A stretch of DNA of 63,794 nucleotides, filler included, from Pelomyxa schiedti (taxonomy: Eukaryota > Protista > Evosea): the NCBI GenBank assembly GCA_020536535.1. It is 8 parts of 8 records of this genome, joined end to end, with 100 filler letters (N's around TTAATTAATTAA, not from the genome) between each part and the next. Parts side by side here need not be neighbours in the genome. Positions count along the whole stretch, not along the records: positions 52,883 to 63,794 come from JAHLWZ010001252.1; 7 more parts are not named here. One strand, given 5' to 3'. Positions 59,442 through 63,794 of this stretch are shown here, piece by piece. The first letter of the stretch is position 1, and each line of letters starts with the position of its first letter. Position numbers and translations under genes: made by a program. A model generated the notes under the pieces. That model saw nothing but the letters and a program-made list of their open reading frames with translations. It did not search any database and was not told where the DNA came from.

Positions 59442-60978
59442 ATAACACACACCCCACCACTGATATTTTTTTTTTCTCTTTGTTGTGTTTGTTTGTTGTT
59501 GCTTCCCAGCAAAATACTGTTTTCAGCAAACTCGTCTTGGGAAAATTTTAAAAAGAGCGCCAAGCGCTTTTTGTGTTGTGCGTGTCTTTTCAAGAGCTAA
59601 AAAATTCATCACCAAGAACAAACGCCGCACAGAAACGCAACAGCACAACAACGGCTGGCACAGTTGGTGGCGCAGTTGCACGCAGAGAGCGTACACGTCA
59701 TTGCAACAGTGAAACTCCATGTGCGCTGCTCGTAAGTGCATGCCACGTGCACCACGCCATGCATCAGAGGGGCAAAAAAACAACTGCAAACAAGCAAACA
59801 ACCGAAGTACAAAACAAGGAAACGGTGTAAAAGGGGGAATGGATGGGACGATGTGGTTGATGTGGGAGGAACCGTGGTCAACACACAAATGTTCGGCTCC
59901 GGTTTTGTGCAATTTGGAGTGGATTCAGTATGCTGGGGACACAGAAGAGTGCCAGATGAAACAGGACTTGCGAGAAAGGAGCGGATTTACTAGCACTATA
60001 TAGTTGGAGGTGTGGAGGGAGTAGCCTGGGAGGCTTGGAATCCACCACCGCACGCAACCCGCCGTCACGGAACGAACATTCGCCGCTCACCACACCAGAG
60101 CCCATTTCTCTCTGAACTGTCCACCAACAATAACCGCATCGGCGCAAGGGAAGCTCACAATCAGCAACTCTTCGAGTCCTCTTTGTGAGAAGCCATTTGG
60201 ATCCCGTGGGGACTTGATAAAACTTTCTCCTGCAATCTTTACTATTAGGGGATAATACAAGAAAATAAACAAGGTGGTCCTCATCAGCAAGGTACCTGTT
60301 TTCCACGTGGGCTCAACTTTTTCTGTTCCAGATTGACTGAGTACCAGTTGCCACTACAGTACCATCCTTGCCTTGCGCTTTTGAATTCAAGAAAACTTTC
60401 TTCTAAAGATAGTATAGAAGCCAACTCTTCTAGTCTTGCCGGTAAGCTCCCTAAAAGAATGTACTGCTTCATTGGATGTGTAAAAACCAACCTTTCTTGC
60501 AGATTGTGCCCTTCAAAGGGAAGATAATAAAAAGTTTCATGCCAAGTGCGAGAACTTGATACCAGTATCATTAGACGCCAGTAAGTTTTTACATTCTGTA
60601 ATTCTGAGCCCCCTGACCTTTGTACCCAAGATAAAGTGACTGTGTGACCCGAATTTCTTGTGGTGTACCCATTCGAAAAAAACACTTTTTTTTTGTTTTT
60701 TTTCCCCACAAGTAGCTCACGGAAACCGGAAACACAACAGAATTCCGTGGGTGTAAGGAATATAATACATTACTTACTCTTTGGTGGGGAGATACAAAGA
60801 AAGAAGTGTGGAGATACTACTTTTTTTTTGTATCACTCGTATTACATTCCGATTATTGTGGGAACCCAATAGATTAATTGAGTGACGCGATTCACGGACC
60901 GTCGGGGCAAACGAAATAAGTACTAAGGGTCAATAGAGTGTATGAAGCAAAAGGGCATGGGATTGTGTTTGTTTGTTA

Positions 60979-63408
60979 CTATGGATTTTGTGTTAAGTGG
61001 GGGGGAGGGAGAGACGATTGAGGTGTGTATGTGGATGTGGAGGTGATTGCAGTTGTGTTGGAAATTAGTGGTGCTGTGGTGCTTGTGGTGGTGGGGGCTC
61101 CTGTGGTGTGACTTGGCTTGCCTTGTGGTTTCTTTTTCTTGTTGCGGGGATCGTGGATTTCGTAGTTCTCCTCTGTTCTTGTCATGGGATCCTGTGGTAA
61201 TTTGTTTAGTTATTTGCTATCCAAGTAGGTTTTTTGGCTTACAATGACTTCTAGATCCTTTTCGAAGACTAGTTTATGGTGCTTCCAGTCATCCTGTGCG
61301 GGATGCGACAAAGCGTCGCGGAATTTGTCAAGTTTCTTCATGATCTGTTTCAAAATGAGAAGTGGAACAATCATAAGAAAAACCATACTGCATCTTCGTC
61401 TGTTCGATTCAGTCTCGCGTACTTTCTCTTTACTACTACAGCCGCAGCTGTGGCTGGAGGTGGTTCAATGGAATCTGTCTCCACTGGCTCTGGGGGCTTT
61501 TCAATTTTCTAGGACCACGTTTTGGTCAACTGCTTTCTTATATTATTACAAACCTTCAGGACAAGCTTCTCGGCTTTCACGGCAGCAAGTTTAGTCAATT
61601 TAACTGTAACAACTGGTCAGAAAGAGGCAGCACAGAAGAGTTGTGATGTTACCTACAGATGGTTCTGAAGCCGTTGGGGTGGTGCTTGCTGGTACTGGTT
61701 TTGGGTTGATTGAAGTGACATCCCCAAAGAGCTTCCTCTTCTTGTTGATTTGGCTTCTCATGTGCTCCAAGAAAGCATTGCTGTCCTTGTTTGTCCTTTT
61801 TCTTTCCATTTCTTCAATCTCAGCAGGGGTTAGTGTTGAACTATCCTTCGCAGTTTCTGCGGCCTCTGCCAAGGTGGGTGGGGCAACAGAAATATCAGTT
61901 TCCGTGGAAGGTTGAGTATCAGAAGGCTGTGTGGTGTTGTTAAGTTCTGAGTGGGGACTTGGGGGTGCATTCACGTGCTCCCCCTTGATAGCAGGGGTAG
62001 CCTCAGTTTCAGACAACGTGGTGGTGGAGGTGACAGCATCAGTGGCAGAAGTGGCATCAACTGCGGGGGTAGCCTCACCATTGGTGGAACTTGGGGGAGG
62101 GGTGGAAATTGCAGGTAGCTGTGTTGAGGAAGACGTGGGTGTAGGATCAGGTTGTGTGTGCGCTTTTCTTTGCTCCCGTAATGCTGATATCTAATAGAAT
62201 TGAGCTCAAAAATTCTTCCAAGATGTTTCCCTCTTTACCTCTTCCCGTATGTAATAATTGTCAGGATTGAGAAGCATGTCCTGTTCTTGTTTCTTCTTTG
62301 CTTCCTCTCCCTCGACTGCATGATGTGATTTCATTTTCATTGCCGTGGTTGTGAACACAACTTCTTCTTGCTCAGCCTCTGTTCCAAAGGAAAGGAGTCC
62401 AAAATCTCTAAGAAAAGTGAAAAAAGGCTAAAATCAGGGGAAATAGACTCACTTTTTGGGAGGTGGACCCTTAGGTTTCTGTGCTTTAGTGGCAGTGGGC
62501 GCAGGTGCTGGTTTTTTGGCTGTGGGATGTGGGACAATGTCTGGAAATGGGTTGTACAGAACGTCGACACTGAGAATTTTTGGAGGGAAGACAGGTCTGT
62601 CATTTTCACCAATTTCCATGTCATTTACTTTGAGGAGGTTGTACATTGTATCTCCAGTCACCTGCCAAATATGTCATGCCAATATTGGTGTGAGTTTTAT
62701 GTGGTTGTACTTTGGCAAATATAGTGTGCTTTCCATTGAGTTCCTCACAAGCAGTCAACGTAATAAAAAATTGGCTGCGATTGTCATCCCGGTCTACTAT
62801 GTGTCACTGAAGAAGACCAACAGAACAAGGCATGGTGCATTTAACTTAAATCAAATAAAAAGGTGTCGTACCCAGACCAGCCATAGCCACAATTCCTCTG
62901 TGATTAAATCTCAACCTTTGGTGAATTTCACCAGGAAATGGCTCTCCATATATTGACTGACCTCCTTTTAGGGAAATCACGTAAGGTTAGGGCGGAAAAA
63001 AGGAACAAAACAAAGGGGGACCTTCTCCTGTTCCCGTTGGGTCCCCGCCCTGTATGATGAAGTCCTTTATAACTCGGTGGAATATCGTGTTGTCATAATA
63101 CCCATTCAAAGCGTGTTGCACGAAATTTCTGCACGCGCGTGGTGTCTCTTTTCCCCAAAGTTCTATGTCAACATCCCCTGTTTTCACCAAGATAAATACG
63201 ATGTATTCACCACAGCAACAAAAGTCGAACAACAACCCACAAACGACAAGCACTGAGAGGACTCCAAATAACAGCAACAAAAAAACAAAAAAAAAAAATA
63301 CGAAATAAAAACAGCAAACACGCAAGATCTGATTGTCGTACCCAGAGTGGTCTTGAGCACCACTTTTCCCTTGGTCACTGGTTCCGTAACATACGAAGCT
63401 CCGGACAT
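60979..63408 (-). CDS. CWC27: Spliceosome-associated cyclophilin CWC27
   Basis: MSGASYVTEPVTKGKVVLKTTL|GDVDIELWGKETPRACRNFVQ..YYDNTIFHRVIKDFIIQGGDPTGTGEG; RLRFNHRGIVAMA; VTGDTMYNLL; NPFPDIVP; C-terminal WKHHKLVF..IHDPR. Confidence 0.93.
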
Positions 63409-63517
63409 CGTACCCACCTTGGGTTTCTTTTTTTTTGTGGAAAGATAGATGATGATCAACAGCGAAATAGAATTAACTCTAAACGACAGGAAGAGGAAAA
63501 GAGGAAAATTCGGCGTC

Positions 63518-63794
63518 TCAGAGACGTTTCTTCTTGTTGGACCGTTTTTGCTTTTTGCGTATGATGTTGGCCGGGGAAGGAGGCGGTGGCGAGGGTGCCG
63601 CTTCACGTGCTGTTTTCATTTTCCCTGAACACACTCCAATGGGCAGTACCTTTTTGTGTTTGTTTAGTTGTGAGTTTGGTGGTGAAGAAGCCAGCGGCTC
63701 GGTGGTTGCGGTTGTGGATGTGGAAACAGATTGTACTGGCCACACCAGCGTATCGTTGCTGCTGTCGTACATGGGGGTCTCTGCCTCTGTATGC
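63518..63794 (-). CDS. Probable 3' end of an upstream gene (low complexity, basic NLS-like tail)
   Basis: Open frame ending IRKKQKRSNKKKRL* about 110 bp before the CWC27 ATG. Confidence 0.35.
   Translation of the reverse strand, partial: HTEAETPMYDSSNDTLVWPVQSVSTSTTATTEPLASSPPNSQLNKHKKVLPIGVCSGKMKTAREAAPSPPPPSPANIIRKKQKRSNKKKRL

Noticed and set aside
59878-60709. Two overlapping minus-strand ORFs (141 and 142 aa)
   Set aside because: No recognisable motif, start context or splice logic; cannot be supported as a gene

Overview
Gene-dense eukaryotic genomic DNA with many short GT-AG introns, most likely from an amoebozoan protist. The lineage-specific 'RCGARSPAR' proteins and 'KAVTLYQRAADAG' Sel1 proteins resemble what I recall from Pelomyxa (Archamoebae); this is inference, not a database result. 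The window is about 8 assembly pieces joined by artificial N-TTAATTAATTAA-N linkers, plus five 100-N gaps (four with directly duplicated flanks), so gene order across linkers means nothing. Recognisable genes: a giant secreted protein with at least 20 IPT/TIG domains, dihydropyrimidinase, a Sel1-repeat protein, the FEX fluoride exporter, a secreted CocE/NonD hydrolase, two protein kinases, an alpha-kinase, an EEP hydrolase, SART1/Snu66, glycerol kinase (3' part), a CTD small phosphatase and CWC27. Most unusual signals: (i) a cluster of RING-B-box-coiled-coil (TRIM) genes ending in an olfactomedin domain, surrounding a BTB + 3x C1q/TNF-like gene and a Helitron-like 3' end; (ii) a head-to-head pair of intact, unknown, putatively myristoylated paralogs next to a GVIN-type GTPase remnant, in a cassette between two copies of one gene end; (iii) a circularly permuted EEP enzyme; (iv) a multi-copy family with an F-box-like motif and a putative beta-propeller; (v) covarying 13-16-13 palindromes on two different contigs.
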